A stretch of DNA of 64,000 bases from Fimicolochytrium jonesii (lineage: Eukaryota): positions 434,001 through 498,000 of the forward strand of contig NW_026515686.1 of the NCBI RefSeq assembly GCF_025526975.1, in the 5' to 3' direction. Both the position numbers and the translations under genes were made by a program. Below the pieces are notes generated by a model. That model did no database searches. It was not told the origin of the DNA and saw nothing but the letters and a program-made list of their open reading frames with translations. This document shows, piece by piece, positions 35,266 through 48,602 of the stretch (position 1 is the first letter of the stretch; the number at the start of each line of letters is the position of its first letter).

Positions 35266-36642
35266 ATGGTGCAACTAGTGGACGACCCCGCCTGCATCTA
35301 CGGCCCCGCAACCAACGACACCACCTTCGCCGGCGCCCTCGGTTCCTACCACACCGCCGTCCGCGCCTGCAACGGCGTCAACTACCGCGCCTTCTCCCTG
35401 TCCGCCGCGTTCGCAAACCTCCTCATCGGGCTTGTCACAACCTTCTACTGCTACCGTTTCTTACCCCACCGCCGAACGCCTTACAACATCGGAACGCTCC
35501 TCATGCCGGGTTTGGCTGTCTGTGGAGGCGTGATCGAGGTCGTCAACGCTTTCACTTGGTCGCAGTTCTGGGGACATCCCGATGTAGGCCACGTTGCAAA
35601 GATCTTTTATTTCGCAGCTTCTTTGACGGCGGCGTTGGTCCAGAGTTATCGCATCGATGTGATTTTACTCGTTACGGGGAAGCCGAGGGTTTGGGCGAAA
35701 GTGGCGGTTGTGCTGCATACGATTTTGGGCGCGATCTGTGGAGCGGTCTCGGTTGTGATGTGGTTTATAGGCGCTCATGGGAAGAAGCCTTTGATTAGTT
35801 ATTCTTATCCGTGAGTATTGCGTGAGCGAGAGTGAGCGGGCACGAGCGATAGCGAAGCGGTTCTTAGCGCACGCAGCTCAACCTGCTTGTCGCGAGCGGA
35901 GCGAGCGGAGCGAGCAGGATGTCGTTCAAACATCCTGCTCAACTATCCATCGCTTCGCTTCGCTCATTCATCCATTCACCATCCAACCTTTCGCCTCGCT
36001 TCGGATCCCATCGCTAATCTCTCGATTCTTCTGGTTCCCTTTTAGATACGCCTTCTACCTAACGTACGTAGCCTGCCTCGACACGGTCCTCTCCCTCCTC
36101 CTCCTCCGTCTCTTCTACAAACACACCGCCCTCGTCCGCTCCTACGACAAACTCACCCTGGCGGACGTCAAACTCTATTCCCAACGGTTCCAATTCGCCG
36201 CCATCGGCCAACTCTTCGTGCTCATCATCTCCGCGGCGTTGTACTTGCTGTCGAGCGGGACGAACACGATGGGATACTCGTTTGGGACGTTGAGCAGTTT
36301 GTCGGTGCCGGCTGCGATGGCGATCATGGTGTTTTCGATATTTACGTTGCAGGGGATGGAGAGGAGGCGGACGGGAGGGAGTAGTGTGGCGAGGACGGGG
36401 TTGAGTACGGGGTTGAGGACGGCGGAGGGGCCGGGGAAACGGAGTTCCCTGGGGAGTTCCACGTATGTATCGACGTTTCATTCGCAGCTCTTCTATCGAA
36501 CTGTTCGTACTCATGACATCCTGTCCATTCGTTTCACAGCGCGGGACTGACAACAAAACCGTCATTAACAAGAACGGAGTCATTGGGCCACAAGCCGTCT
36601 CTAATACGACCAGAACCCGTATTGTCCCCCGACCACCCATGA
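35266..36642 (+). CDS. Multi-pass (~7 TM, GPCR-like) membrane protein; introns 35811-36045 and 36463-36539
   Basis: About seven hydrophobic segments; the GTGAGT..TTTAG and GTATGT..CACAG introns keep the frame to TGA 36640-36642. Confidence 0.75.
35822..36005. repeat. GAGCG/CGCTTCGC-rich intronic repeat with hairpin
   Basis: GCGAAGC at 35852, GAGCGGAGC repeats, perfect 11-bp stem 35912-35922/35930-35940, CGCTTCGCTTCGCTC at 35951. Confidence 0.6.
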
Positions 36643-38063
36643 CAGCCCTTGGTATCCTGCGTCGAGACGGGGGCAGATCCTGGAATCCGACGCTGTCCGG
36701 GTGGGATGTGGCGATACGCGTCGGGATACCCAGCATACCTGCCGCCGCCCGTTATGCATCCAACTACGAAATCCATCCCTTTCACCTGTAGCGCCTCTCG
36801 AAATCGATCTGCCGGGCCCAGCGTTTCCTTCGAACACATTCCCCCCGCCCCCGCAGTTTTGGAACCGGCCGCCAGAAAGACCATCCGAACCCGTCCACTT
36901 GGTCATAGATTGCGGCTTTCCCTCCCACGCCAGGGCGCATATACCTGCATCAACACCGGGGCCCTCAGCCACATAGGTTCACGGATGGAGCCATTCGTAG
37001 TTTCATCGGGATATTATGTATACCCTTCATTAATACGCTAGAGGAGGTTTTTTTGGTGTGGAGAGGGTAGAGCAGGTCCGAATAAGATGTCAGTGTTTTC
37101 GACGCTGCATCCTCGACGCTGGATTTCGTCGGGTTTTTGTGTGATCACTTCCTTTTCGTCAAGAGCCGTAACACCACCCTACCGCCCCTTGAGTCCTTTC
37201 ATATGGATTTTGTCATGCCCGCCGGTTATACGTGTAGTGAAGAGCGTTTCACATGGACGGTCGCCGCGGGAGTTCTGGGAAGTTGAGGATTGTTTTGAAA
37301 TGCCTCTATCAGCCACGGAAGTGGTGAAGGGGAAGGATGTTTGGCACACCTTCGTGACAGGGTAATTAATACGGCTTCGGGATCCGTGGTAGCCCTACAT
37401 TTGCCGCGTACATGTGTTACGTGGGTATCGCGGCAGGCTTGGAGCGTGAAGTTGGCTGGCTGGCTTCATTGTTGAGGCGATGTTGGTGGGACATGGCGGC
37501 GGTGAAGAGGGGCCGGCACATCCACACTAATACAGTAATTCCACACTAACGACGGAGTCCCAACGGAGTGCCTGGGGGAAGGACTTGGGAGATACAGTAT
37601 CTACAACGTTGTTGATCGGCGTCGCCTGCGGGAAGCTGGACGGGAAGGGGAAGGAGCCGCGCGGCCTCGCAGCGCAAATTATCACTCGCAGAATTTCACA
37701 CTTCGACCGTCGCAAGCGCAAGGGTGGGTGAGGCTCATAGACTAGACATAGAGATACAGCACTAGACACAACAACGGAAGGCTCGGAGGCTTCTTCTTTC
37801 CTCTCTCTGTGTGCGCACTATCGGGGCAACTTCACCGCTGGTCCCCAGGGGAGTTCGTCGGCTCGGGTCCCTTGTCAGCGTTCGATAACGGCTACCGTGA
37901 TCGCAAAAGGACGGCGCATCCACTCGAGTCCGGGAGGAATAGCATCGGTCTAGCTTAACATCCCTGCTGACGGAGAAGGAACGGACGGAAAAGGGGGATA
38001 ACACCTCTTTCGCCAGACCCATCACACCGCCCCCGCTGTCGACTCCCAACACAGCACACCATC

Positions 38064-40517
38064 ATGCCCACCATGATCCCATCCCTGCTCACTTTGGGTC
38101 TGACCCTCCTCCCCCTTATCGCCGCGCAACCCCTCCCGACCCCAGTTGTCCCTGTCGGACCGGTTATCCCTCCTCCGGTCGTTGTGCCGCTGCCGCCGGC
38201 GGCTAGTCCGGTTGTGAACCCGGGGGTTCCGCCTGTTGTTGCGCCTGCGGCTCCCGGAGTGGCGGCACCTGCGCCGAGTCCGATTGGGCCGGGGGGTTGT
38301 ATAACGATATCGCCGACTTCGTTGTGTAAAGCATGGGCTGGTACGTCATCTCTCTCTCAAACAGTGTGGCCTCCAACGTTCAAGGGAAGCCCATCTAATC
38401 ATCCCCCTCACCACACCCCAACAGGCCAATCCATCCCCCCCTCCCCGCAATTCTACACCACCGCCACCACCTTCGAATCCTACATCACCTCCCAACTCGA
38501 CTCCTCCCCAACCTACATCTCCCAGTTCAAAGCCCAATACGCATGCCCGGGCTACACGGGCACCGGCCGCCGGTACCACATCTCCCTCCTCTGCGGTCTA
38601 CTAGTCGATTTCGCGAGCACGCAGCAGGGTGCCCGGGCGTGTAAAAGCGCAGGGACGGCCTATGTCCCGTTGTGTAAAGGCACAGCGGCCGCCGCGGTGG
38701 CGAGTTTGCAGGCGTTGTTTGGGAATGCCGCGGTTTGTCCCGCCGCTGTGGGAGGCGCGGGCGCGACGGTGAGGACGGTGGGGCAGTCGACGGAGATTTT
38801 CGCGTCGAGGTTGAAGAGCGATACGAACTGTGTCCCAGCCACCGCTGAGGAATGGGGCATGTGCGGGTTCTATTCCGACCCTGAAGCGGCCGCGTACTGC
38901 GCCAACCCGACAACAGCCACCGATGCGTGCTGTGCCGCCCACGCAGCTAAACTCGCAGGTCAACCCATCGTCGTCCCCACCTCCCTCGGCCCCGCCACTG
39001 CCTCCGCTCCCGCTGCCGTACCCTCCCTCGCCAGCACCCCTCCCGGCGTTGCATCAACCACCCCAGGGGTAACACCGACAAACACAGCCTCCACAGCCAA
39101 CACCGCCGCGAAAAACACAACCAACGACCCCGCCCTCGGCCCCGGCGCCATCGCGGGCATCGTCGCGGGTGTCGCCGCGCTCCTCATCCTAGCCGTCATC
39201 CTCCGCATCCTGTACACGTCGCGCAAACAACGCCGCGCGGCCTCAGGGTTCTTCAACGCGCATTCCAACTCCCTCTCGCGGGACGGGAGTCTCAAATACA
39301 ACCACGGTGGGAACCCGCAGACGGCGATGGCGGGCGGAGCCCAAGCGCCGGGCTATAACAACAACCCCGGCGAGCAGAAGTACCCCGCGATGTATGATAC
39401 CGTCCCACGAGGGATGGACGCGGCGGCGGTGGGCGCGATGATGGGCATGGCGCCCGCGAAAGAGGATGTCGGGGAACCGATCCAGATTGCGCAGACGATG
39501 GAGGTCGTCTACAACTACGTGCCGAATCTCGTCGACGAGATCTATCTCTGTAAGTTTTAACATCCTCTTTTCGTTTTTTTTTTAGTCCCAGCGTGTGTTT
39601 TGCTGATGGAGTTTGGGGTTGTGGGGTTGATGCTAGATATCGGCGACCCGGTGATTGTGAAATGCAAGTTCGACGACGGGTGGGGGTACGGGTTCAACAT
39701 GACGACCAAGCAGGAGGGGTCCTTTCCCTTGGCGTGCGTGGCGCCGTATGGGACGGGCGCCGCCAACGCCGCCGCCAACCAACAGCCGCAACAGTACCCC
39801 GAGAATGCACAGCCGCCGTATGAGAATGCGCCGTTTGACTCGTTGGCGAGGAGTAGCTCGTTGGGGAGGACCAATGCGGGGGAGGAGGTGTACCAACAAC
39901 AACAGCAACAACAGCAACAACAACAACAGCAGCAGGGGCAGGGGCAGGGGCAGTACCCACCCCATTTGCACCACCCCCCACCCCCGACCGGCCAACCGGC
40001 GGAACGCAACATGTCCCCGCTCTCGCAGCAGCAGTACTATTTCGGCGGGTACTATTCCCCCGGCGATGCTGCTGCCCCTCCCAACGCGGGCATCGATCCC
40101 GCCGATTCCACCGCGGATAATCCCAACACCAACACAGACGCGACCGCGAACGCCGACGTGGCGCGGCGGGGCACGACGGACACCCACGCGAGCGACCGGT
40201 GGCGCGACAGCCACGTCCCCGCCGCCGCGGGGGGGTACGACGGGTACAATTCGCAGCTGCTGGATTACGATTTCGGGGAGGATGAGCGGGCGCGGGGCGC
40301 GCTTCCGGGTGCGGGAACACATCCGCCGCATCCGCTGCGACAGGAGACACGGGACGCGGAGGAGGCGGGGAGTCCGCAGCTGTCCCCGAGCGAGTTTTCG
40401 ACCGAGAGGGATGGGAGTAGTGGCGCGGGCGAGCAGCAGAAGGACCAGTTTGAGGGATTGCAGGCGAGGAGTCCGAGACATACCTATGCGCCGCCGCCCC
40501 ATGCTTATTATCATTAG
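38064..40517 (+). CDS. Single-pass membrane protein: signal peptide, Pro-rich and Cys-rich ectodomain, TM, cytoplasmic SH3, polyQ tail; introns 38341-38424 and 39550-39636
   Basis: GAIAGIVAGVAALLILAVIL TM; VVYNYVPNLVDEIYLYIGDPVIV..FDDGWGYG..EGSFPLACV is an SH3 domain. Confidence 0.88.
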
Positions 40518-41659
40518 CTGCGGTGAGGGGGATGGGGGAGGGGGAGGAAGGGATGTGGTGGGGGTTTGGCCTGGCTCCGGACTTCCCGACCGGCTCGACA
40601 CCCATCCCTCGACACCGCGGGGATGTAACACTTACCCTCGGTCATTTCGGACGTCCCCTGATCACCAGTGCGCCGCTCCTCCCTCGATCCGGGCGAGGGA
40701 ATACCCACCGGCACCCGACCGGTCTCCCACTCCTCGGAAATCAAAAGCCGCCCCGATAGCACCCACCATCCCGGCGTACCCTCCCATCCCATCGCATAGT
40801 CGTACATAGCCACACATTGTTTACATTCTCAAGCCCTTTTTCGTTTGCGTACAACCTCCCGTTTTTTTCCTTTCCTGGTTACCCATCTCTCTCACCTTTT
40901 TGTGTTGTGACTGACGCCCTCTGTTTTTCTAGATAGATATACTGTATCTCTGACGAGTTTTTTTGCTTGTGGCTGCGCATATATACCATGGATGTTGAAT
41001 TATCTGTTTTTCTCGGTTTTGTGATTGTGGTTTTTCGCTGGATTGATGGTGCGGGTGAGCTTGGGTGGCTGGGTTGGTGGGGGAGATGTGAGGGGTGTGT
41101 TTAGGTTCAGAGGTGTGGGGATCCCGCATGGATTGTTCCCGGGGTAGATCCGGCCGTGTTAGTTCAAAAGGAGTTGATGGGGTTATGAGGTGCGATGCGG
41201 ATGAAGCTGGGCTGGGCTGGAACGATAGCCGGGTCGCACTCCCCCGTGATGGATTCTCGGGGCCGCGTCATTTTTTGAGGGGAGATACGGAGGCGGTTTT
41301 CATGGGGCGTGCACGCAGGATGAGCGAGGATGGAGTGGAATACTTGGACGGCGGGCCCCTCCCCTCCCGTCGTGTATTGATCACCCATCCCGCGCTTACT
41401 CCCCCGACTCCTATCATCCATTCGCCCACTCCCCTCACGAAAAAGCAACGATGAACAACGGGTAGCAAGTTTTTGGATCTTCGTAGAGTGTGTATATTCT
41501 CCTTTCACAACGTATAGGTTTTATGGAACGAGTTTCGGGTGTAAGGGGGTGTGTATGGTTGTTCGACTACACTAGATTCGGATGAAAGAATGAAATGGGA
41601 AAAATGTGTGTGTGAGTAACATGGTCGGTGGGTGGGTGTTAGGTGATGAATGATGAACA

Positions 41660-41862
41660 ACAACCCTGCTCGTTCCGCTCGCGACGAGGATGTTGGGCGG
41701 CGGCGGGCGGGAGTGTAGCTCGCTTCGCTCGCAAAGATCTGACGCTCGCTTAAGGCTCGTTAAGTGCCGGGATTAGGTGTATTACGCCTCCGGCGCAAGG
41801 AACTCGCTTTGCTCGCCCTGCTATCGCTCGGTATGACAGTGGGCTCGCTCTTCTCGTTGCTC
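41660..41862. repeat. Second copy of the CGCTCG/CGCTTCGC-rich repeat, downstream of COX6
   Basis: CCTGCTCGTTCCGCTCGCGACGAG (41665-41688) matches the reverse complement of the 35886-35918 segment; many GCTCGCT units. Confidence 0.55.
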
Positions 41863-41872
41863 ACCTTCGATA

Positions 41873-42778
41873 TCACTCCATCCACCACCTTTTCTCCCTG
41901 ACAAACTCAAAGTGGCCAAGCCCCTCCTTATCCACAATCCCGAGTTCCTCCAAAAGAGGTGTGAGGTCCTTAATGTACGACTGGTACTGCTGTTCGGAGG
42001 AAGTCTTTCCTTTGAGTGCTTCAAGAGTCCTAACAGCGGTCGCAAAAGTGTTTTGCTCCCGAGCCGCCCTCAGCGCATCGGCAATGACCTCAACGGAGGG
42101 TACCCAATCAGTCGAAAAGATATGGTTCAAGCCACGCTCGAGCTCAAAGTCGTCCTGGAGGTTCTGAAAGTGGGCGCGCCAGAAGGAGACGTACTTTTCG
42201 TAGTCGTTTTTGGCGGAGGGGTCGAGGTCAGCGGGCATGGGGTAGTTTGCGAGGGTGGGGTCGAGGTCGCTGTGGCCGGCGGGACCGGTGGTGGCGAGGC
42301 GGGAGGGGGCGGTGAGGAGGGGGGTGGATGCGCGGGCTGAATTCAGAGGAGGTGAAGTGAATTAGTGAGCGGAGTTTTCAGCGTTTACGTGCTAGTTTCC
42401 CCAATCCTCCTATCCGCGCTTATCCTACTCCGGAGGTTCACGGAGGCGAACCACTTCATCAACCACGGGGCGTAGCGATCCCCGAATCCGTTCCCATTCA
42501 GCTGCCGGTTGTCTAAACTACCTAGTCAAGGCATTCCTCCCGTCCGTACGCAGCCTCATTCCCCGTCGATACCCATCCGCCTCAACCGGCCAACTCTCGT
42601 TTTGTGGGGGGAACTGCAGATGTTCCCCACGCCCGCCCAGTAAGCGGTAACGGTCGCGAACAGGCGTCGGAGGGCGAGATGTCGCTAGTTGCCGCGAGGT
42701 CAAGACACACTTACCCAGAGGCCTGAAAGCGACGGCCCTAGCGAGGGAAGGGAGGGCGAAGCGGGCGAGTCTGTTCAT
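41873..42778 (-). CDS. COX6: Cytochrome c oxidase subunit VI (COX5A family); intron 42337-42714
   Basis: Mitochondrial presequence; DDFELERGLNHIFSTDWVPSVEVIADALRAAREQNTFATAVRTLEALKGK..QYQSYIKDLTPLLEELGI. Confidence 0.95.
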
Positions 42779-43537
42779 TGTTGCCAGCAGTGACTGAGGG
42801 AGCGAGCAAACGACGAGGGTAAGGGTTAGGGGGGGGGGAGATAGCTCTGGGGAAGCTTTCATTCATGCACATTGCAGTGGGTGAATCCGGCTGGGGGGGA
42901 AGGGGCGGGAGTGAGGTCACGTGCATGCGCCGCGTTGAAGTGCATTGTATTGCGCCCCCTTTCGTCTCTCGCCCCCCTCGCTCTCCCTCGCTCGCATCGC
43001 ACAGCAATCCGACAGGAAGCGCGTGAGTCATGGCCAAGTCTTGGGCGGAGAGCAACAACTTCTTCTTGGCGAAAGACGCCAGCGTCTGCCATGAACGCTC
43101 ATCCGAGTTGCTACCTTGCATCCTTGAGAGCGATCCATGCAATCGGCCGCTGTTGTCCCACCCGGCCAATCTGCGTGTGGATATATGTAGGATGCTTTTC
43201 GCTCGCCACACGTATAAGCGTCGACGGGAGGAAAAGGTCTGTCTTCTGGCAGGAACCTGTTAGGTGCACGCGGCCTGCTGTTTTCCTCTCACCCTCTCCA
43301 CGGGAAACGTTTCCTGGGGAGGTTTCACATACATGGAGACGGTGGAGAATACCCCCCACATCGGCCGGTGAAAGACTGTCTCAGCGGGGGTTTCCATTCT
43401 CCTCCCCGAGCCTATCCCAAAGTCCATCGCGGAATCATCCTTCAAACCCACAGCCAACGGGAGCACCCACCGCCCGCGAAAAAAAAACCCCCCACCCCAT
43501 CGCCCTCGCCAACAGCGCACCCGCAAATCATACAAGA

Positions 43538-43983
43538 ATGCCCGCCACCCGTCTAATCCACCATCTGCTCCTCGCCGTCGTGCTCCTCGTAAGTTGCTGT
43601 CCCCCATCCCAATTTTACTTATATTCAATTTAAATCTAACAGCCTTCCCCCCGGTCTCCTCACACCAGTCCCTCGCCTCAGGCCCCGTAACCCTCCTCCA
43701 CCTCGTCCGTCGAAACCTACCCCGGGGCAAGAGATACAAGGCGTACATCGCGTTCATGCTGGGCGGATGGGGTCGGTGCCGTTTCTGCCGTTGTTGCTGC
43801 CGGAGGAGCATACCGACGTTGTCGCGGCTTCGGTTTTGTGGGGAATGGCGGGGTTTGTGGTTACCCTGTGGGTTCTGGTGTGGGTTTATTGAGGGAAAGA
43901 TGGGGTTGGGATGGAAGGAAAGTTGGGACGGGGTTGAAGACAAAGCCACCGGCACGAGATTCACATCGGGGGAGTTGGCATGA
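43538..43983 (+). pseudogene. Small membrane protein, frameshifted paralog of the 45466-46131 gene
   Basis: MPATRLIHHLLLAVVLL|intron|SLASGPVTLL..KAYIAFMLGGW, then a shift in the G-run at ~43770 to SVPFLPLLLPEEHTDVVAASV. Confidence 0.6.
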
Positions 43984-44177
43984 AGCCGGAGAAGGTGGAA
44001 CGGATACGGAGGGGCGGCTCCGGATACCGGCTTTTGTGGTCGGCAAAGGGCGGGAGGGGGGAGTGATATCTAGCGTAGCAAGCCGTACCCGTGCTTTCTT
44101 CTTGGCGGGCGGAGAGTGGGGATACCTCTGATGGAGAAAATGTTAGCGTGAAGCGAATGCAATCTTGTGTGTTGAAA

Positions 44178-44764
44178 TCATGCTGGCGCTACTTGACGGT
44201 TTGTGTTTGTGTCGGTCAGTCTCAGCCCTTGCAGCAGCCCACAGCAGCAACCCGTCCTTACGCCGAGTCTGCTCAGCACGCTGCTTCTCCCATTCGGCAC
44301 TCTCAGCTTCCTCCCTCCCCTTTTCCACACGCTCACGTTCAACATCCTCTTGGTTCCATCTCGCCTCTTCCGCTGCCGTGGTATGCCCACCCGATGAGAT
44401 TCTCTGATCGCGAGCGGGGAAGAAGCGACTTGCGGGCTCGTAGGTGACGTGAGAGCAGCATCCCACCCTTCCTTTGCCCTCTGCTCCCTCCTCAATCTCC
44501 GTATCTCATCGCGTTCCTGATCTCTCCGTTCTTGCTCGTCCAACTCCTCGGTTGATGTCTTTGTATCTGGTGCACAAAAGAAAGCCTCTCGAACTCCGAC
44601 AACCCAACCCTCCCACCCACACTATGTGAAAGTTGTGGAGAGGAGGTGGATTGGTGATGGGATTGGGTCGGTTTATTGTTGTTGTTGTGATTGGAGTCAT
44701 GTGAATCAGACGCAGATGCGGACGCCGAGCCTTGAGATGCGGATGCGGCAGCCTCACCAGCCAT
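44178..44764 (-). CDS. Hypothetical low-complexity protein (probably 2 exons)
   Basis: MAGEAAASASQG.. with a putative intron to DTKTSTEELDEQERRDQERDEIRRLRREQRAKEGWDAALTSP. Confidence 0.35.
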
Positions 44765-45465
44765 ACCCCTCAAAACGCCAACATACCGCTCCGTCTGACT
44801 GAACGACTGTTCCGCTAGGGAGGGTTTGGCGTCTCAATACCCCCCTTCTTTCCTCTTCCTGCGTCTCCCCACTCTGCGTCCCGCCCCCATCGTCGACTCC
44901 GTCTCCAGCTTCTACCCCCCTCCTCGCCCGTTCCGGATAACACCCCTCAAATACGTTCACAGTCTCCTCAATCCCACTAACAGCCACCGCCACCCCTCCC
45001 ACGCACACGTCGCGCCCACCCCAATATTATTTGGATAGTACATTCGTTTGACGAGCTTGCGATGTACTGGTCGTGAATGAAACGGTTTGCAAAGGCGGGC
45101 CTTCCCAGGCTATAAGTAGATTTTTCAGTGAGGCCGGATAGATGAGCGGGGGATAGTGGACTACTAGATTCGGGCGAGCGGAAACTCGGCGCTGCTTCGC
45201 GTGATGTGACCTGTCAGTTGCTGTCAGTCGCATCGCCCTCCGCTTTTCTTCTCGACACACCACGAATCAGAGCACTGTCCTCTCCACAGTCAGTTCCAAA
45301 AGAGAAAGACAAACTGGTCTCAAATCTTTCGGACAAGCACGCTCTGCTTTCGTTCCTCTTTTCGCATTATCCATGCAGTCCATCCTTCCACTTCTCTTCT
45401 TCTCCCAAGATCGAGAGCAAGCTCAAACCTCTCGGCGCCTTGCTCAAGAACACGCAAACGATACA

Positions 45466-46131
45466 ATGATGCCTCACAATGAACGAGATTACTTTGACGC
45501 AAACCGACTGCTCGTTGCAATCGTGCTCATCGTGAGTTGGCGTTCAGGACATTGCCCACATCAGACACTTGCATGCCTTTCCTGATGATATTCCTTTTAC
45601 AGGGCATTGCATCTGGGCCGATCTACGCTCTCCGTGGCGCGCACCGATTCCTAGGAGACTTCCTTCCGAAGGGATACCAATGCATGCTACTGGCATGCGC
45701 GTCGGTTCCGTTCCTTCCACTCTTCTTGCCCAGAGAATACATCGACCTCATTACCGATTCGGTTGAATTGGGTACGGCGACCTTTATCTTCATCGTCCGG
45801 GCCATGTCGCTGTTGTGGTGCGCGGGCTTCATCATCTGGTTTATCTCTGGTAATACCTTACTCGGCATTCTCATTCATACGCTATCGTAGAGATGCCTCT
45901 CGCTTATCGTGTTCCGGTTCAATTTCTTTAGTCCTGACGAAGGTGATGGCTATGGAGTTCACCATGGAGGAAGCGGAGAGGAACATGGAGAAGATTGTTG
46001 CTTGCCTCTATATATCCATCGGATTGATCCTTCTTCACGGGCTTTTCTGGGGCGCTGAATGGTTGTTCAAGTATTATGTGAACCGCGTGGGCTCTTCTAT
46101 CTTGGCGGCGACCACTGCCCGGACCGTTTGA
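45466..46131 (+). CDS. Small multi-pass membrane protein (3 exons)
   Basis: MMPHNERDYFDANRLLVAIVLI|GIASGPIYAL..SVPFLPLFLPREYIDL..WFIS|VLTKVMAMEF..; introns ~45532-45602 and ~45850-45931 restore one frame. Confidence 0.6.
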
Positions 46132-46637
46132 CGAAACCGAAGATGATGTCCACTTTCGGCCTTGTTCGGTTCAGGATTGGCAGGACAAGGGCAACAAACC
46201 CGACGCCAGGCTAGGTTAGGAAACAGCTATGAGAGATAGTGCAGCGCGCAACATGGAGAAGCGGAACGGGATGAAGATATGTTTTCGTCGTGGGCAGTGG
46301 TCGGCGAACGGCGTACCTGTAACTTCGCGGCGTGAAGGGAATACCTGTAATCAAGTCTTCGAATACATTTGACCATCAAAGGGCTTTGCAGCAATACGCT
46401 TTAGGCAGAAGAGTGTTTAGATCAAATGCCGCTCATATTGAATGCTATTGCATGTACAGATTTCAAAAAACAGAGATACATCGACGATGAAGTTGACAAA
46501 AACGGTATAAAGCAGGATGAACCATCCTCTTTCCCTCACATCTCGTGGTTATTCCAATGCAAATCCACTCCCACACACCCAAAACGATCTGCCAAGCTCC
46601 CCGTCCACATCCCCACCCATCCCAAAAAGAAAGCGGG

Positions 46638-47042
46638 CTAATGCCCCAACCGAACATACACGCTCGCGCCGCCAACACTCTCCACCAGCCGCTCGCCGCT
46701 GTCCGTGAGACCGCTCGCAGGTGGGAACGCGAGGTAGCTGTCGCTGCTGATGTGGTGTTCGTGCGCATCGTGGTCGGCGAGGTCAGCGTCGACGGTGAAT
46801 GTGGATGTGGAGGAGATGGTGGTCGGTAGGATGGTCTCATTGGTCAGGATTGTTGTTGTAGCGCCGTGTGTGTTTGTAGTGAAGACATCGGCCGACTGGG
46901 ATGCGAATGGGGCGGTCATTGAAGCTTGACCGGCAGCTGTGGAGTGGGTATTGCGTCGCGCGGCGCATCGAGGGTGGAGGAAGCCTAATGCGCTGGAAGA
47001 TGAACGGGCGAGCTGGACGGCGCGGAGGGTTGCGGATGCCAT
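46638..47042 (-). CDS. Small protein with a mitochondrial-type presequence, unknown function
   Basis: MASATLRAVQLARSSSSALGFLHPRCAARRNTHS; CAAACATG start context; 134 aa. Confidence 0.55.
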   Translation of the reverse strand: MASATLRAVQLARSSSSALGFLHPRCAARRNTHSTAAGQASMTAPFASQSADVFTTNTHGATTTILTNETILPTTISSTSTFTVDADLADHDAHEHHISSDSYLAFPPASGLTDSGERLVESVGGASVYVRLGH

Positions 47043-48602
47043 GTTTGTCGCTTGAGCCGGATCCAGACTGAGAGCGGGAGATGTGCTGGCGTTTGGTGAG
47101 CGAACTTCTTTCAAAGCAGAAGAGGAGATCAAGTGAGTTTGGCCAACGATGATGCGAATACGCCAACGGACCTTCGGACGATGGGATTGTCGAGTAGAGA
47201 GGCGGCGGGATCGTCCGCGCAGACGGCTTTATACGCCGGCCCTCGTACCCCTGCATATCCCAATGGCCGATGTCGAAGCTCTCATGGCGGATGGCTACCC
47301 AGAGCCCATCCCTCCGCAGCTTTCTCGAGAAAGGGCGCTTTCTCCCGCGTACTCTTTCACCCGCCCAGCACATCGCGGCACAAGAAACGGCTTCCATACA
47401 ACAATCCCTGTCGCTATCGATGGCACTTGGTCCTTGAGTGAACGAAACTGGGCATGGTACGATACACCGCGACACCTCCACGAGGGTCCAGATCCTACGC
47501 GGGGCAACATTCTGTGCCTCATTTCGTTCTCCGTCCCTATCTGCCTACGCGCCGCAGCGACGTTTAGCACATCACCTTTCTACGCCTCCGTCCACGAAGG
47601 ACGCCACGCCCGCCATCGATGAGAGCTCTCTCCGAACACCAATCGTCCGACTCGTGCTTGAACTTATGCTGCGCACATGGCGGATTGGAAAAGGCTATGT
47701 TTCCGGCGGTTGTTGGTACTCGTAGATCTCTTGAACTTGGTCATCCTTTCCTACTGTCCATCATATGCATCGAATGGCGGTCTCTCCAATGCCCATGTCG
47801 TGACGTCCATATACTGTACCGTCTGGGGCAATCGATGAGCAAGAACTGAAGAAGGCAACCACATAAAACCCCGATCGGCAGAATACCATTTAGCAAGGTC
47901 GGTATAACCAGCACGGGGGTGAGATAAGATGCGAAAATCGTGCCATGCGATGCCCAAACGGGTGAACGGAACTAAGCCGGGATTGACGGGACATTAAGCC
48001 ACGTTTTGGCGGGTGCTGTCATTCTTGTGCTTCTCTGCGCGTCTCTTTGGCAGATCGTTGCGCATTTGATGCTCCCACTTTCCGGAAGCGCCAGGGAAAA
48101 AAGGAAGTTGGCGTACAGTATGTGGAAAGAAGCAGATCTCGCTCACCGAAGCCGAGTGGATAGAATATATGTGCACATGTCCATAATCTCCAAGCAGTCC
48201 AACATATCAGTCCAACTACGGTCGCCAACTACAGTAGTCCAGCATATTCCACGGATCCGATATGCCCAGATGACCGACGCACTTTGCAGAACGTGAATGA
48301 GTATCCTCACATCGGACGCAAAGGCCAAAACTGAGGGAGACCAGCAAAACATATATAAAGCTCGGTATGTAGATATGTAGAAACATAGGGATGCATGGGG
48401 TACGGGCATATAAGGAGGGGCTAGACACAGAGTATGAAGAACGGAGGGAATTGGGTTTTCCAAAAGTAGTCGGTGGGGATGGTAAGCCGCGAGCAGCGAA
48501 GAGACGCACATTAGGGAATTAGATCATTTGATGGTGTTTCGAAAATACCCTCGAAGTGGGTTTGTGGGTAAGCGATAATCCACCGTTGGGCTCGCACCGC
48601 CC

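Noticed and set aside
39557..40809. Poly-Cys, poly-Leu and poly-Asn ORFs
   Set aside because: Other frames of the CAA/CAG polyQ tract in the SH3 gene
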